From IMG/VR virus record IMGVR_UViG_3300002092_001354, positions 1 to 61,080 of that record: 61,080 bases of DNA. One strand, 5' to 3'. This document shows positions 32,081 through 42,312 of this stretch, one piece after another (positions within the stretch are counted from its first letter, which is position 1; the number at the start of each line of letters is the position of its first letter). The position numbers and the translations under genes were made by a program. Origin of the DNA: a virus. Its lineage: Duplodnaviria > Caudoviricetes. The notes beneath the pieces are model-generated. The model was not told the origin of the DNA. It ran no database searches and saw nothing but the letters and a program-made list of their open reading frames with translations.

Positions 32081-33448
32081 ATAAATACCGTTCATTAAAA
32101 CTTATACAAACTTATACAAGTTGTTAATTTCTATAGATTAACTCTATATGGGTGTACGGCAACACCCTCTATTCCATTTGCAAATGCCTTTGGAAATACT
32201 TTTCTGATTATGTTATAACTACCATTTACGTCAGCATTTATTAGCTTACCACTACCTGATTTAAACAAACCACGCTTAATTCTTTTACCTTGATATTCAT
32301 CATGTTTACATATAACTTCATTATCCAAAAAACTACATTTACTTGTATAACTTTCTTCATGTGTTGTTAGATTAATACCATATTTCTCACATTTATATTT
32401 TAACATAAATAACATTTTTTCAAACGGTATCTGAACAAAGTTTTGGTTGTTTACTTTACCTATATTGATTTTTTGTTTCCAAAAATCATTATAACCAACA
32501 ACAATTGTATTTAATTCATTTTCTAAACTGAATTTCATTATTTTATTTGTTGTTTTATGTAAATAATCATTAATTTTATTATTTCGTTTAAATGTTAAAT
32601 TATCTATTTTTTTAGATGAATTAACGCCTTTAGGTAATTCACTTTGATACTTTGCCTTTGTTTTATTATAATATTGGTTAATAGATTTTAATGGTTTGCC
32701 GTTAATTACTAAAGGTTTACAACCTCGTTTATTTGATGTTACTGTCATTAAATTATTTATCCCTAAATCAATTCCACAATATTGATTATTATCAACCTTT
32801 AATTTTTCTTGTTTATAATCATATACTATATTTATTTTATATTTATTATTTTTAATTGGTACAACTTGTATTTCTATTATTTTATTTGTTGTTTTAACTG
32901 ATAATCTCATTTTAAGTGTTGATAAACCAACACCTTTTTTCTTTTTGGTTTCTTTTAATATTGCTGTTTCATAGAATAAAGCGGTGAACTTACCGTTTTT
33001 TGGTAAATATTTAGGTAGATTTGGTTTACCTTTAAATACTTCTTTATTCGTTTTCCATTTCTTAATACAGGTAAAGAATGATTTCCAATTGCCATCAAGT
33101 GTGCGTAGAACACCTCTACTAATTCTAACTGGCAACGCTTTATATTCATCTAAATCTTTTGATATTTTAAACATATCAAATTTAGATAAATAATTACCGT
33201 TATTAATAAATTCATTACGAATAATGTAATTAGCTCTATTATATAGATTTTTACATTTAAACGTAAGTTCATCTAATTCAGATGTTGTATTAAATATATG
33301 TGATTCAGTTAATATCATTTATATTTTAGAGTAATATATTTTGTTACCCTTATTTATAAATATAGTGAAAATTTAAAAAAGTCATTATTTCATAATAAAA
33401 AATAAAAATGTATAATTTTGTCTAATTTTTTATTAACAGATAAATACC
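32081..33448 (-). mobile_element. Non-autonomous TnpB-only element bounded by a 9-bp direct repeat (GGTATTTAT on the - strand)
   Basis: ATAAATACC at 32081-32089 and 33440-33448. No transposase ORF is present. The element sits between the nrdA terminator and gp25. Confidence 0.6.
32131..33318 (-). CDS. tnpB: TnpB RNA-guided endonuclease (rearranged RuvC-II type, no C4 zinc finger)
   Basis: KNLYNRANY, PNLPKY, GIDLGINN, IVVGYN..HEESYTSKC and RIKRGLF..INADVNGSYNI. Confidence 0.9.
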   Translation of the reverse strand: MILTESHIFNTTSELDELTFKCKNLYNRANYIIRNEFINNGNYLSKFDMFKISKDLDEYKALPVRISRGVLRTLDGNWKSFFTCIKKWKTNKEVFKGKPNLPKYLPKNGKFTALFYETAILKETKKKKGVGLSTLKMRLSVKTTNKIIEIQVVPIKNNKYKINIVYDYKQEKLKVDNNQYCGIDLGINNLMTVTSNKRGCKPLVINGKPLKSINQYYNKTKAKYQSELPKGVNSSKKIDNLTFKRNNKINDYLHKTTNKIMKFSLENELNTIVVGYNDFWKQKINIGKVNNQNFVQIPFEKMLFMLKYKCEKYGINLTTHEESYTSKCSFLDNEVICKHDEYQGKRIKRGLFKSGSGKLINADVNGSYNIIRKVFPKAFANGIEGVAVHPYRVNL

Positions 33449-33457
33449 CCCAAAATA

Positions 33458-33484
33458 AAAAATCACGACCGAAGTCGTGATTTA
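33458..33484 (-). terminator. Intrinsic terminator after nrdA
   Basis: The - strand reads AAATCACGAC-TTCG-GTCGTGATTTTTT, a cUUCGg tetraloop followed by a U tract. Confidence 0.85.
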
Positions 33485-33492
33485 TATTCTTA

Positions 33493-35907
33493 TTAAGAAC
33501 CACATCCGAAACATTCAAATTCGGTGTCTGTTGGTTTTTGTGTTAAATCAACGGTTGGTCTTTCAATTGGTTTTGATTGATTAACTTTTGAGATATCCAC
33601 AGCCAAGTGTTTAGCTCCGGTTGATATCGCCTTTGTTCTAACATAATAACAAAGAGTTTTCAATCCTTTACCCCAAGAATGGAAGTGTGATGATGAAATC
33701 TTTGATAATGTTGGGTTAGACATATAGATATTCATTGATTGTGATTGGTCAATGAATGGTGCTCTGTCAGCTGCCATATCAATAAGTTCTCTTTGAGATA
33801 TCTCCCAAATTGTTTTGTATTTTGGAATCAAATGTTCAATTCTTTTAACTTTCTTATTGTAATTTTTATCTTCAGTATCAAGGTAATGATTAAAGTTAAT
33901 ATTTTGAACCGAACCTTCATTCATAATAATTTCATTTTTCAAGTCTTCAGACCAAATACCAATCTTTTCAAAATCAGTAATTAAGTATTTGTTAACAATT
34001 AAGATTTCACCCCCAACTACACGACGATTAAATAAAGCCGAATGTGCCGGTTCTGTCATTTCAAATGAACCTGTAATCTTAGCTGAAGATGCAACCGGCA
34101 TCTGAGCCGTGAATAACGAGTTACAAACCCCGTGATTGGACACTTCTAATTTAAGTGAATCCCAATCCCACATTCTACCTAATCCTTCGTAATCTAATCC
34201 CCACATATCAAATTGGAATATACCTTTTGACATTGGTGAACCTTTAAAGAATTCGTATGGTTTATATTCACCTGATTTACATAATTCCATACTTTCAGTG
34301 ATTGCCGCAAAGTAGATAGTTTCAAAGATTTCTTTATTTAACTTTCTTGCTTCTTCAGATGTGAAGATGTAATCCATTAAATAGAATACGTCTGCAAGTC
34401 CTTGAGTTCCAATAGCTATTGCTCTTTGTTCTAAACCACCTTTTCTACCTTGTTCAGTTGAATAACTGTTAATGTCAACAACTTTGTTAAGTGCTCTAAC
34501 AACTTTTCTAACCTCACCATACAGTAATTTAAAATCAAATTCTCCTTTAACAATGAAGTTTTTCAATACCATAGAAGATAATGTACAGATTGCGGTAGTG
34601 TTCTCATCAGTGTATTGGTAAATCTCATTACATAAGTTAGATTGTTTAATTACACCAATATTTTGATGGTTTGTTTTTTTGTTAGCACTATCTTTAGAAC
34701 ATAAGTAAGGAACTCCGGTCTCAACCTGAGATTCAATAATCTTATTCCAAATTGTTTGTGCTTTCACTTTTTTACCAAGTCCAAGTTCAACCGCTTTGTT
34801 GTAGTTTGCCTCATACTCGTCACCATAAGTTTCCTGTAATGGTTTAATACCTGCTTTAACAATATCGTTAGGACAGAACAAATACCAATCCCCATTATCT
34901 TTAACAGCATTCATAAAGTTGTCCGGTAACCATATAGATGTAAATAAATCTCTTGCTCTCATCTCTTCAGCACCTGTATTCTTTTTGATTTCTAGTAAAT
35001 CAATGATGTCTTTATGCCAAGGTTCAATGTAGATTGCCGCACTACCCGGTCTTCTTCCTTGTTGGTTAAAGAAACGTAATGATTCATTAACTATTTTAAG
35101 ATATTTTAGTAAACCACCCGCAAATCCTCCTGATGAGTTAATACGACTTTCTTTACTACGAATGTTAGACATACATAAACCAATTCCCGCAGCATCCGAA
35201 GAGTAAGTTGAAATATCGTTTAATGTTTGTAACAACCCTTTTCTTGAGTCCCCATTATTGTATTTTAATACACAAGATGCTAGTTGAGGCGTTTTAGTCC
35301 CCGCATTAATCATAATCGGGGTTGCCGGAGAGATAAGTTGATTTGATAATGAATTATAGTATTCAATCGCCTCTTCAAATGACTTAGTCACCCATAGAGC
35401 AACTCTCATATACATATGTTGAGGTCTCTCAATAATTTTACCTTCAGGATTTTTTAACAAATACATTTCTGATAATGATTTCCACGCGAAATAATCAAAA
35501 TTATAATCATTTTCGTGATTTATTACCTTATCAATATTTTCAGAACCATACTCATCAATAGTATCCATTAAAATATCATTAATAATACCATCTTGGTATA
35601 ATCGATACATTGTGTTTGAAAAACTTTCGTCAGTCTCTTTGTGATACGCAGATATTGCAACAGATGAGGCCAATCTTGAGTAATCGTGATGACTTCCGGT
35701 ATATGCCGCAGCAATCTCGTAAACCAATTTATCCAACTCTTTAGTTGTAATAACACCCTCTGTTGGAACCGAAGTAATCACCTTAATGAATACCTCATCA
35801 GCATTTACGTTTAATCCTTTAGCTGCACGTTTAACTCTCTGATATATTTTTTGGGGATTAAACGATACCTCATCACCCCCTCTTTTTCTTATCTTTAATG
35901 ACATCAT
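33493..35907 (-). CDS. nrdA: Ribonucleotide reductase class Ia, alpha subunit with ATP cone
   Basis: N-terminal ATP cone, SPATP..QLASC, QSNLCNEI, ICTLSS, LCYYVRT and C-terminal CFGCGS. Confidence 0.97.
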   Translation of the reverse strand: MMSLKIRKRGGDEVSFNPQKIYQRVKRAAKGLNVNADEVFIKVITSVPTEGVITTKELDKLVYEIAAAYTGSHHDYSRLASSVAISAYHKETDESFSNTMYRLYQDGIINDILMDTIDEYGSENIDKVINHENDYNFDYFAWKSLSEMYLLKNPEGKIIERPQHMYMRVALWVTKSFEEAIEYYNSLSNQLISPATPIMINAGTKTPQLASCVLKYNNGDSRKGLLQTLNDISTYSSDAAGIGLCMSNIRSKESRINSSGGFAGGLLKYLKIVNESLRFFNQQGRRPGSAAIYIEPWHKDIIDLLEIKKNTGAEEMRARDLFTSIWLPDNFMNAVKDNGDWYLFCPNDIVKAGIKPLQETYGDEYEANYNKAVELGLGKKVKAQTIWNKIIESQVETGVPYLCSKDSANKKTNHQNIGVIKQSNLCNEIYQYTDENTTAICTLSSMVLKNFIVKGEFDFKLLYGEVRKVVRALNKVVDINSYSTEQGRKGGLEQRAIAIGTQGLADVFYLMDYIFTSEEARKLNKEIFETIYFAAITESMELCKSGEYKPYEFFKGSPMSKGIFQFDMWGLDYEGLGRMWDWDSLKLEVSNHGVCNSLFTAQMPVASSAKITGSFEMTEPAHSALFNRRVVGGEILIVNKYLITDFEKIGIWSEDLKNEIIMNEGSVQNINFNHYLDTEDKNYNKKVKRIEHLIPKYKTIWEISQRELIDMAADRAPFIDQSQSMNIYMSNPTLSKISSSHFHSWGKGLKTLCYYVRTKAISTGAKHLAVDISKVNQSKPIERPTVDLTQKPTDTEFECFGCGS

Positions 35908-35908
35908 A

Positions 35909-36859
35909 TTAAAAATCGTCTGTAAATGTTAATGACTCACCTAATTTGGCCTTTTGGTACTCCATAGTTCTTGATTCAAAAAAGTTTCCTTTTGTTTCCA
36001 CCGCTATCTGTTCCATAAATTTAAATGGTTGTTCTACGTTAAATTGTTTTTTACAACCAAATTTAACTAATAACCCGTCGGTAACAAATTCAAGATATTG
36101 TTTCATCAAGTTTGAATTCATACCTATTAAAGATACAGGTAATGACTCAGTAATAAACTCTTTTTCAATCTCTAATGCGGACAATAAAATTTCTTTAATT
36201 CTTTTTTCTGTTGGTTTGTTCTCAACGTGATTGTTAATCAAATGGATAGCAAAATCACAGTGTAAATTCTCATCCTTGAAGATAAGACTATTAGCATTAC
36301 ATAATCCTTGCATAATTCCTCTTGATTTCATCCAAAATATGGAACAGAATGAACCTGAGAAGAAGATACCTTCAACCGCAGCAAACGCTACTAATCTTTC
36401 CTGAAACGAAGCATTCTCAATCCAATCAAGTGCCCATTTAGCTTTCTTTTGAACAGCCGGTAATCTATCAATTGCGTGAAAACATTCATCTTTTTCTGTA
36501 TCATCAGATACGTAAGTATCAATCAATAATGAGTACATTAATGAGTGAATATTCTCCATCATAATTTGGAACCCGTAGAAGAACTTTGCCTCAGCATATT
36601 GTACTTCTTTTAAGAAATTTTCAGCTAAATTTTCATTTACAATACCATCAGATGCCGCAAAGAATGCTAATATATTTTTAAGGAAATATCTCTCATTATC
36701 CGATAGGTTTTCCCAATCTCTGATATCGTTAGATAAATCCACTTCTTCTGCTGTCCAAAACGCAGCTTGATGTTGTTTGTAAAACTCCCATATATCGTTA
36801 TGTTCTATGGGAAAAATAACAAATCGGTCGTTATTTGGTTCTAATATTTTTTCTTTCAT
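35909..36859 (-). CDS. nrdB: Ribonucleotide reductase class Ia, beta subunit
   Basis: [31 protein letters not shown] (radical Tyr), [10 protein letters not shown] and DENLHCDF. Confidence 0.97.
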   Translation of the reverse strand: MKEKILEPNNDRFVIFPIEHNDIWEFYKQHQAAFWTAEEVDLSNDIRDWENLSDNERYFLKNILAFFAASDGIVNENLAENFLKEVQYAEAKFFYGFQIMMENIHSLMYSLLIDTYVSDDTEKDECFHAIDRLPAVQKKAKWALDWIENASFQERLVAFAAVEGIFFSGSFCSIFWMKSRGIMQGLCNANSLIFKDENLHCDFAIHLINNHVENKPTEKRIKEILLSALEIEKEFITESLPVSLIGMNSNLMKQYLEFVTDGLLVKFGCKKQFNVEQPFKFMEQIAVETKGNFFESRTMEYQKAKLGESLTFTDDF

Positions 36860-36864
36860 TTTAA

Positions 36865-37329
36865 TTAATTTTGTGTTTGTTCTTTTTGTTTTCTTTTGTC
36901 TAATAAATCTTTGATTCTTTGTCTATTTCTTTCTTCGGTTTGTTCTTCTAACCCTAAGAATGTTACCGAACTTTCAGTATCAATCTCTAACATACCGTTA
37001 TCAAATTTACAATTCTCAAATACAACACCATCATCACCAATACGTGATTTTGTGATAGCTATTGTTGCTAGTTTCATTTCTTTTTGTTGTAGTGATTTAG
37101 CCACTGAAATGATTACGTGACCAACCTGTGCTTTTTTAATAGAACCCCCCATTTGGTCGGTTGTTACCACATCAGCGGAAATCGAAGAGTTGTGTGTATA
37201 AATATCATTAGCGTAAAACATATGTGTATCTTCCACCGTAATATCTATTGTGTCTTCCTCACCCACCAATTCGATTGATTCAATTTCATCTAAAATTAAA
37301 TCATCTAAATCCAAATTATTTTTTTTCAT
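36865..37329 (-). CDS. dnaB: Split-intein C fragment (47 aa) fused to the DnaB/gp41 helicase C-terminal part (107 aa)
   Basis: [37 protein letters not shown]|[23 protein letters not shown], with a His-Asn/Ser splice junction at 37189/37188. Confidence 0.92.
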   Translation of the reverse strand: MKKNNLDLDDLILDEIESIELVGEEDTIDITVEDTHMFYANDIYTHNSSISADVVTTDQMGGSIKKAQVGHVIISVAKSLQQKEMKLATIAITKSRIGDDGVVFENCKFDNGMLEIDTESSVTFLGLEEQTEERNRQRIKDLLDKRKQKEQTQN

Positions 37330-37334
37330 ATTTT

Positions 37335-38543
37335 TTATTTTAAAAATTTTAAACATTCATTAATGATATGTTGTTTATTTGTTCTATAATCACATTCTTT
37401 TATTCTTTTTATAAAATAACCTTTTTTAGTCAAATAACCATCCCTATTAATATCTTTTTGTTTTTGAGATTCTTTTGAATGCCAATAATCACCATCAAAT
37501 TCAATTAATTTATTTCCCATTTTAAAGTCGACATTAATTATTGTCATATTTTTTTCCCAAACGTAAAAACAATATTCGTAATTTAGTTCATAAAAAAAAC
37601 ATTTTTCTCTATTTTCGTTATTTAACCTTTCAAATATATTCCAAAACAAATCTTGTGAAATTTTTGAATATCTATCTTTAAAATTAGAAATCTTAGAAAT
37701 CGTAAATTCTTTATACTTAATTGACCCGTTTTTTTCACCATATTTATTTATATAATATTCTTCACTTTGGCCGTATTTAATTCTTTCCACATATTTGTTG
37801 TATCTTTCGGTACCCGTATCTTGACCATATTTTTCAATAAAAATTTTTAAAGTAGTTTTACACATGGAATCACAATATTCTTCCCACTTTTTAACCCCGA
37901 TTTCTTCACCATATGTGTCAATATAGAAAAATAAACTAAACCTATATTTTTGTTTTTCATTTCTTTGAACCCATTTTTTATACCCTTCTTCAATCCCACA
38001 CCTTTTTTGGTATTCAACCAACGTTCTACCATTTCTGTAAGGTCTGATTTTTTTGACTTCCGACATTGTTTTTATTTTACGTCTTAAAGTTTCTTCCCAT
38101 TTTTTTCTACCTTCTATATCACCATATCTCATAATAGCTGGTTTTAAACCATATGAAATTGTTTTTTTGTTTCTTTCTTCCCACCTTTTAGTACCATCTT
38201 CTTCACCGTATTTCTTAATAAAATTATTTTTATCCATTCTAACCTTATCTTTTAAGGTTTCACGTTTTTTATACCAATTATCCCCATACCTAACTTTACA
38301 AGAATATTCACTTATAACATCATTTTTTAGTTTAGTGGTAATAATTTTTAATCTACCAACCCATCTAGTCTCAACAGAATTAATTATAAAGTCTCTGATA
38401 TTTTGTAACCTATTTTTTATTGTTTTGGTATCATAATATGAAAAAACCCTCTCTAATTCATCATACTGTTTTTGAGTGATTAATTTTTTTATATCCTTTA
38501 TTTTCTTATATTTAAGAAATTGTTCAATACTAATTTTACCCAT
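37335..38543 (-). CDS. Free-standing Vsr/DUF559-like homing endonuclease with internal repeats
   Basis: C-terminal VDF..IEFDGDYWH..DINRD..GYFIKRIKE; six YG.E.G..[KR][WY] repeats; lies between the two intein halves. Confidence 0.8.
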   Translation of the reverse strand: MGKISIEQFLKYKKIKDIKKLITQKQYDELERVFSYYDTKTIKNRLQNIRDFIINSVETRWVGRLKIITTKLKNDVISEYSCKVRYGDNWYKKRETLKDKVRMDKNNFIKKYGEEDGTKRWEERNKKTISYGLKPAIMRYGDIEGRKKWEETLRRKIKTMSEVKKIRPYRNGRTLVEYQKRCGIEEGYKKWVQRNEKQKYRFSLFFYIDTYGEEIGVKKWEEYCDSMCKTTLKIFIEKYGQDTGTERYNKYVERIKYGQSEEYYINKYGEKNGSIKYKEFTISKISNFKDRYSKISQDLFWNIFERLNNENREKCFFYELNYEYCFYVWEKNMTIINVDFKMGNKLIEFDGDYWHSKESQKQKDINRDGYLTKKGYFIKRIKECDYRTNKQHIINECLKFLK

Positions 38544-38598
38544 ATTAATTATTTAATAATAAATATCTCAAAAATAAAAAAGTTAGACAGGGACACAA

Positions 38599-39927
38599 TT
38601 ATTTTTTCACATAAAGGTTATCACCAACAGATAATCCACTACTGATTGACATTAAACCTTTTTGGGTTGGGAATTTGTGTTTTGACGATACTTTTATTTC
38701 TTTACCACTTTTAGTTTTTATTTTATAAACAGGTTGTTTTTCAATTGGAAAAACAAAACTAATATTCTTAAAACCATCGTGAGTTAATATTTTATCACCT
38801 ACTTTAACATCTTTTATTTGTATTAAACCTTTGTTTTCAATTTCAACATATGTGTCTAAAGAAACACATCGATTTCCTTGGGTGGCTGTCCATCCAACTA
38901 AATCTAATTCGTGACACATAGATTCGAACCCTCTCATTACAGAACCCTCAGATTTCCATTCGTCCCCCAAGTTTTTATCCGGAACTACACAGTCAATGTA
39001 GTCTAATAATACCATATCAATTTTGTTTCCTTCAGAAATCATTTTTCTAATTTGATTCTTAATTTGCATCATTGTTACAGTATCAGATGGAAGTTTTTTA
39101 AGTATCAATTCATTAGGCATTTTCTCCTTAATTTCTTGAACTTTAACCATTACCTCATCTTTTCTTAAAGACAAATCATCCGGATGGATTTTTGTCCATA
39201 ATGTAATGTGTTTACGTTGGATAATTTTTGGGTTATCCTCAAAGAATATTTGTAAAACATTGTATCCCAAATTAAATGCGTGATTTGAGATTTTTGTCAG
39301 TAAAGTAGATTTACCAACACCTGTTGGTGCTAAAATAACACCGATTTCACCTTTAGCAAGACCACCTTTTAAGAGTCTATCTATACCCGGAATACCCATT
39401 GGTATCGGATGACGATAATCCTCGTTTAAAACATCATCTAAGTTACTGAAAACACTTTCTGTTCCCTTATCGTGTTCTCCAACCTGAAGAGCTTTACTCA
39501 CCATCTCTTCTAATGTGTCATAACTCTCAAATTCACCGGTATCAATGATTTTTTGAGCCTTAACCATTACTTTCTGTAACTCCTGTTGTTTACAGAACTT
39601 CATTGATTTTTCTTGTACAAACTCAGCACCTTCAAGCGTAGACTCCTTAACTTTTGTAAGGGTATCAATAATGATTTTTGCCGCCATAGGTTGTTGTATC
39701 TCAGATTTTGTAATTTGTTCTAGGGTGTCAAAGGTTGGTGTGTGTTCGTATTTTGTGTAATACTCCTTAATCATTTGAATGATTAATTTGAAATATTTAT
39801 TTTCAAAATAACTTGTTTCAATCACATCTATAATAGACCGTGAAAAGTCTTTGTCAATAATGATTTGGTTTAATAATTGTATCTGAAAGGTACTACCTAG
39901 ATACTCGAAATTTTTGTTTGACGCCAT
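38599..39927 (-). CDS. dnaB: DnaB/gp41 replicative helicase N-terminal part (353 aa) fused to split-intein N fragment (89 aa)
   Basis: Walker A APTGVGKST, LLDYIDC, and WTATQGNR|CVSLDTYV..VSSKHKF..LSVGDNLYVKK*. The intein starts at 38868. Confidence 0.93.
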   Translation of the reverse strand: MASNKNFEYLGSTFQIQLLNQIIIDKDFSRSIIDVIETSYFENKYFKLIIQMIKEYYTKYEHTPTFDTLEQITKSEIQQPMAAKIIIDTLTKVKESTLEGAEFVQEKSMKFCKQQELQKVMVKAQKIIDTGEFESYDTLEEMVSKALQVGEHDKGTESVFSNLDDVLNEDYRHPIPMGIPGIDRLLKGGLAKGEIGVILAPTGVGKSTLLTKISNHAFNLGYNVLQIFFEDNPKIIQRKHITLWTKIHPDDLSLRKDEVMVKVQEIKEKMPNELILKKLPSDTVTMMQIKNQIRKMISEGNKIDMVLLDYIDCVVPDKNLGDEWKSEGSVMRGFESMCHELDLVGWTATQGNRCVSLDTYVEIENKGLIQIKDVKVGDKILTHDGFKNISFVFPIEKQPVYKIKTKSGKEIKVSSKHKFPTQKGLMSISSGLSVGDNLYVKK

Positions 39928-39957
39928 ATGTTTTTTCTTTTAGTGTAATAATAAATA

Positions 39958-40410
39958 CTACACACTTAGGGTAACCTCTAGATATTTTTTTGTTAAATTT
40001 TTTGATGAAAAGATGTCAGTCAAGTTCATCAACAAGTTTTTTAGGTGTGGGCGTACATCCACAGTATATCTTACCTTTGGAGGGTATACTTTAGCGTCCA
40101 CCTGTCTATGACAAATTGTCATATCATTTTGTTTGATGAAGATATTAAAATACTCCGGACCATCAATATAAGATGTATCCAAAATAGTTGGATTGTTAAT
40201 AATTTCGTACATATTATCCGTCATATATGTTACGGTTTTCAATGATAATTGAGTCTGAATATCGTCTTTAAATTCACGAAGTAAATCATAAAGTTCTAAT
40301 GAGTTTTTTGCCTCATTGTTGAACTCTCTCACGTTAAAAAATCTCTGTACAATGATGTTATCATTTACCATCATTAAGAATTCTAATTTTACCGAATCTT
40401 GGTCTTTCAT
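39958..40410 (-). CDS. Hypothetical protein
   Basis: 150-aa ORF in the replication operon. Confidence 0.6.
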   Translation of the reverse strand: MKDQDSVKLEFLMMVNDNIIVQRFFNVREFNNEAKNSLELYDLLREFKDDIQTQLSLKTVTYMTDNMYEIINNPTILDTSYIDGPEYFNIFIKQNDMTICHRQVDAKVYPPKVRYTVDVRPHLKNLLMNLTDIFSSKNLTKKYLEVTLSV

Positions 40411-40418
40411 AGTTTTAA

Positions 40419-41420
40419 TTAATTGTTTTTATAATTTCTTTTTTCTTTTCTTGTTAGTTTTAAAAAGGGTCTAACAAAATTAACCCACGCGTCATCCCCC
40501 TTTGGTAGATACTTAAAAAACCCGTCTTCCATCATCATCTTAATAAGACCTCTATGACCCCTTCCATCAGGGTCTAATGTTTCTCTATAATATAATTCAA
40601 CAATCTTTTTAGCATCGTCACTAATTAACGGATTTGACAAATTTATGATTTTTTCGTTAATAACAAAATATTCATCACCATAAACCCCACTCTTAGTCTT
40701 ACCGGATAACAAATTTTGTAGTGTCTTATTATCCTTGTTCTCCTTAAGAAGAATTTCCGCCTTTTCTAAAATATCGGTAAATGAAACCGGCTTTTCAAGT
40801 AGCTCAGGAAAAAACTTAATAAGTGTCTTCTCCCCCAACCCATATATCCCATCAATATTATCCGATTTGTCACCTGATAATATCTTATAAGTTTTAATAT
40901 TTTGATGTGGAAATTCGTAAAACTCACATTTGATTTTACTCCCTAAATGATAAGTTTCTTTGGTTCTTGGATAATATACCGATACCTTATCCGATATAAG
41001 TTGGGTAAGGTCTTTATCCCCCGAATAGATGGTCTTTTGTTCGTTTTCCGAGATTTGGCAGTAGTAAGAAATTAAATCGTCACCTTCGTTATTATCTACG
41101 TTGATTTGTCTTATATAACAGTCCTCCAAGTATTGTTTAATTCTTTCTTTCTGCTCAGTGAAAGATTCATCTATAAAGTCCTCAGTTAATCTTCTTTTTT
41201 CTTTATATTGGGGATAAATAAGTTTTCGGGCGGATGAATTATTATCTCCATCCCACATAACAACAACCTTATCAAAGTTTTGTTCATCTATCAAACGTCT
41301 AATGGTATTTATAAAATGCCATAATCCTCCTATATGTTTAGTACCATTAAAAAAGTCTTTAACACCACTAAAACCAACCTTTAATAGGTAATTCCCATCG
41401 ACCAAAAGTGTTTTAGTCAT
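40419..41420 (-). CDS. 5'-3' exonuclease / T4 RNase H-like flap nuclease
   Basis: LLVDGN, YPQYKEKR, EGDDLI, SGDKDLTQL and GDKSDNIDGIYGLGEKT. Confidence 0.9.
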   Translation of the reverse strand: MTKTLLVDGNYLLKVGFSGVKDFFNGTKHIGGLWHFINTIRRLIDEQNFDKVVVMWDGDNNSSARKLIYPQYKEKRRLTEDFIDESFTEQKERIKQYLEDCYIRQINVDNNEGDDLISYYCQISENEQKTIYSGDKDLTQLISDKVSVYYPRTKETYHLGSKIKCEFYEFPHQNIKTYKILSGDKSDNIDGIYGLGEKTLIKFFPELLEKPVSFTDILEKAEILLKENKDNKTLQNLLSGKTKSGVYGDEYFVINEKIINLSNPLISDDAKKIVELYYRETLDPDGRGHRGLIKMMMEDGFFKYLPKGDDAWVNFVRPFLKLTRKEKRNYKNN

Positions 41421-41441
41421 TTGTTTTGTTTGTATTCGTTA

Positions 41442-42170
41442 CTATAAAATTTTGTTACTCTTTTTCAAATTATCCTCAGCCCATAATGGTTGAAGATTTC
41501 CATAATGACATAACTTATAAAGTTCGTCTTCTGTTTTTGCCGATGATAATGGAATGATGTGGTCAATATGCCACTCACTCCTGTTATCCCAACTCATACC
41601 ATCAGTAAATTGGGTTTCTAAATGTTCTTTTAGAAATTGGGGGGAACATCCTACAATATCAAAAGTTTTGTTAGTTTTGGTAATGTTTCGGGTTTTAAGA
41701 AACGATAAAAGTCTAGACCTCATTACACATTTTAATCTAAAAATAACATCATTTTTTAATCTTAAAGAATGATAAAGATTTCTTTTTACTTTAACTTTCT
41801 CCTTATTTTTTTCTGACCATTCTTTTTTATAAGTTAAAATATTTTCTTTATTCTTCTCATAATATATTTTATACCTGTTTGGGTCTTTTTGGTATCTTTT
41901 TTTTGACCTATCATTATCTTTTATCCTAATAACATCAATATTTTCTTCTCGGTAATTTTTAACTTTTAATAATATTTTTTCCCGGTTATCAACATATTCT
42001 TTTCTTTTTTGGTCTTTTATTTTTTCATCGTTATTATCCTTATATTTTTTCCAAACTAGATAAGAACATTGTTTACATTCAGTTCTAAACCCATCTTTAG
42101 AATCTTTTCTTTTTCTAAAATTAGACAATTCTTTTTCAAGATTACACTTACTACAAACTTTCGTTTCCAT
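41442..42170 (-). CDS. HNH homing-endonuclease-like protein
   Basis: CSKC..CKQC N-terminus; WHIDHIIPLSSA..HYGNLQPLWAEDNLKKSNK. Paralog of 12071-12868. Confidence 0.85.
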   Translation of the reverse strand: METKVCSKCNLEKELSNFRKRKDSKDGFRTECKQCSYLVWKKYKDNNDEKIKDQKRKEYVDNREKILLKVKNYREENIDVIRIKDNDRSKKRYQKDPNRYKIYYEKNKENILTYKKEWSEKNKEKVKVKRNLYHSLRLKNDVIFRLKCVMRSRLLSFLKTRNITKTNKTFDIVGCSPQFLKEHLETQFTDGMSWDNRSEWHIDHIIPLSSAKTEDELYKLCHYGNLQPLWAEDNLKKSNKIL

Positions 42171-42312
42171 TTTTAATATATTCTTTTAATAATTTATTAA
42201 CAAGGGAAGATAAATTTATAGATTTATCTTTAAAGTATTGTGGTAGTTCAGGGTCAAGAGACACCGCCAATTTTACTTTCTTTTTTTCATCTTCAACTTT
42301 TCTTCTTCCCAT
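42151..42312 (-). CDS. Small ribbon-helix-helix-like DNA-binding protein (53 aa, absent from the ORF track)
   Basis: MGRRKVEDEKKKVKLAVSLDPELPQYFKDKSINLSSLVNKLLKEYIKNGNESL*. It follows TATTTAT and overlaps the HNH start. Confidence 0.7.
   Translation of the reverse strand: MGRRKVEDEKKKVKLAVSLDPELPQYFKDKSINLSSLVNKLLKEYIKNGNESL

Noticed and set aside
32131-33318. Cas12f/Cas14 effector
   Set aside because: No CRISPR array or adaptation genes nearby; motifs and context fit TnpB.
37330-37356. ORF-track start MFKIFKIKN for the DnaB C-half
   Set aside because: It overlaps the endonuclease end. The ATG at 37329, 5 nt after that stop, gives a typical Int-C length.
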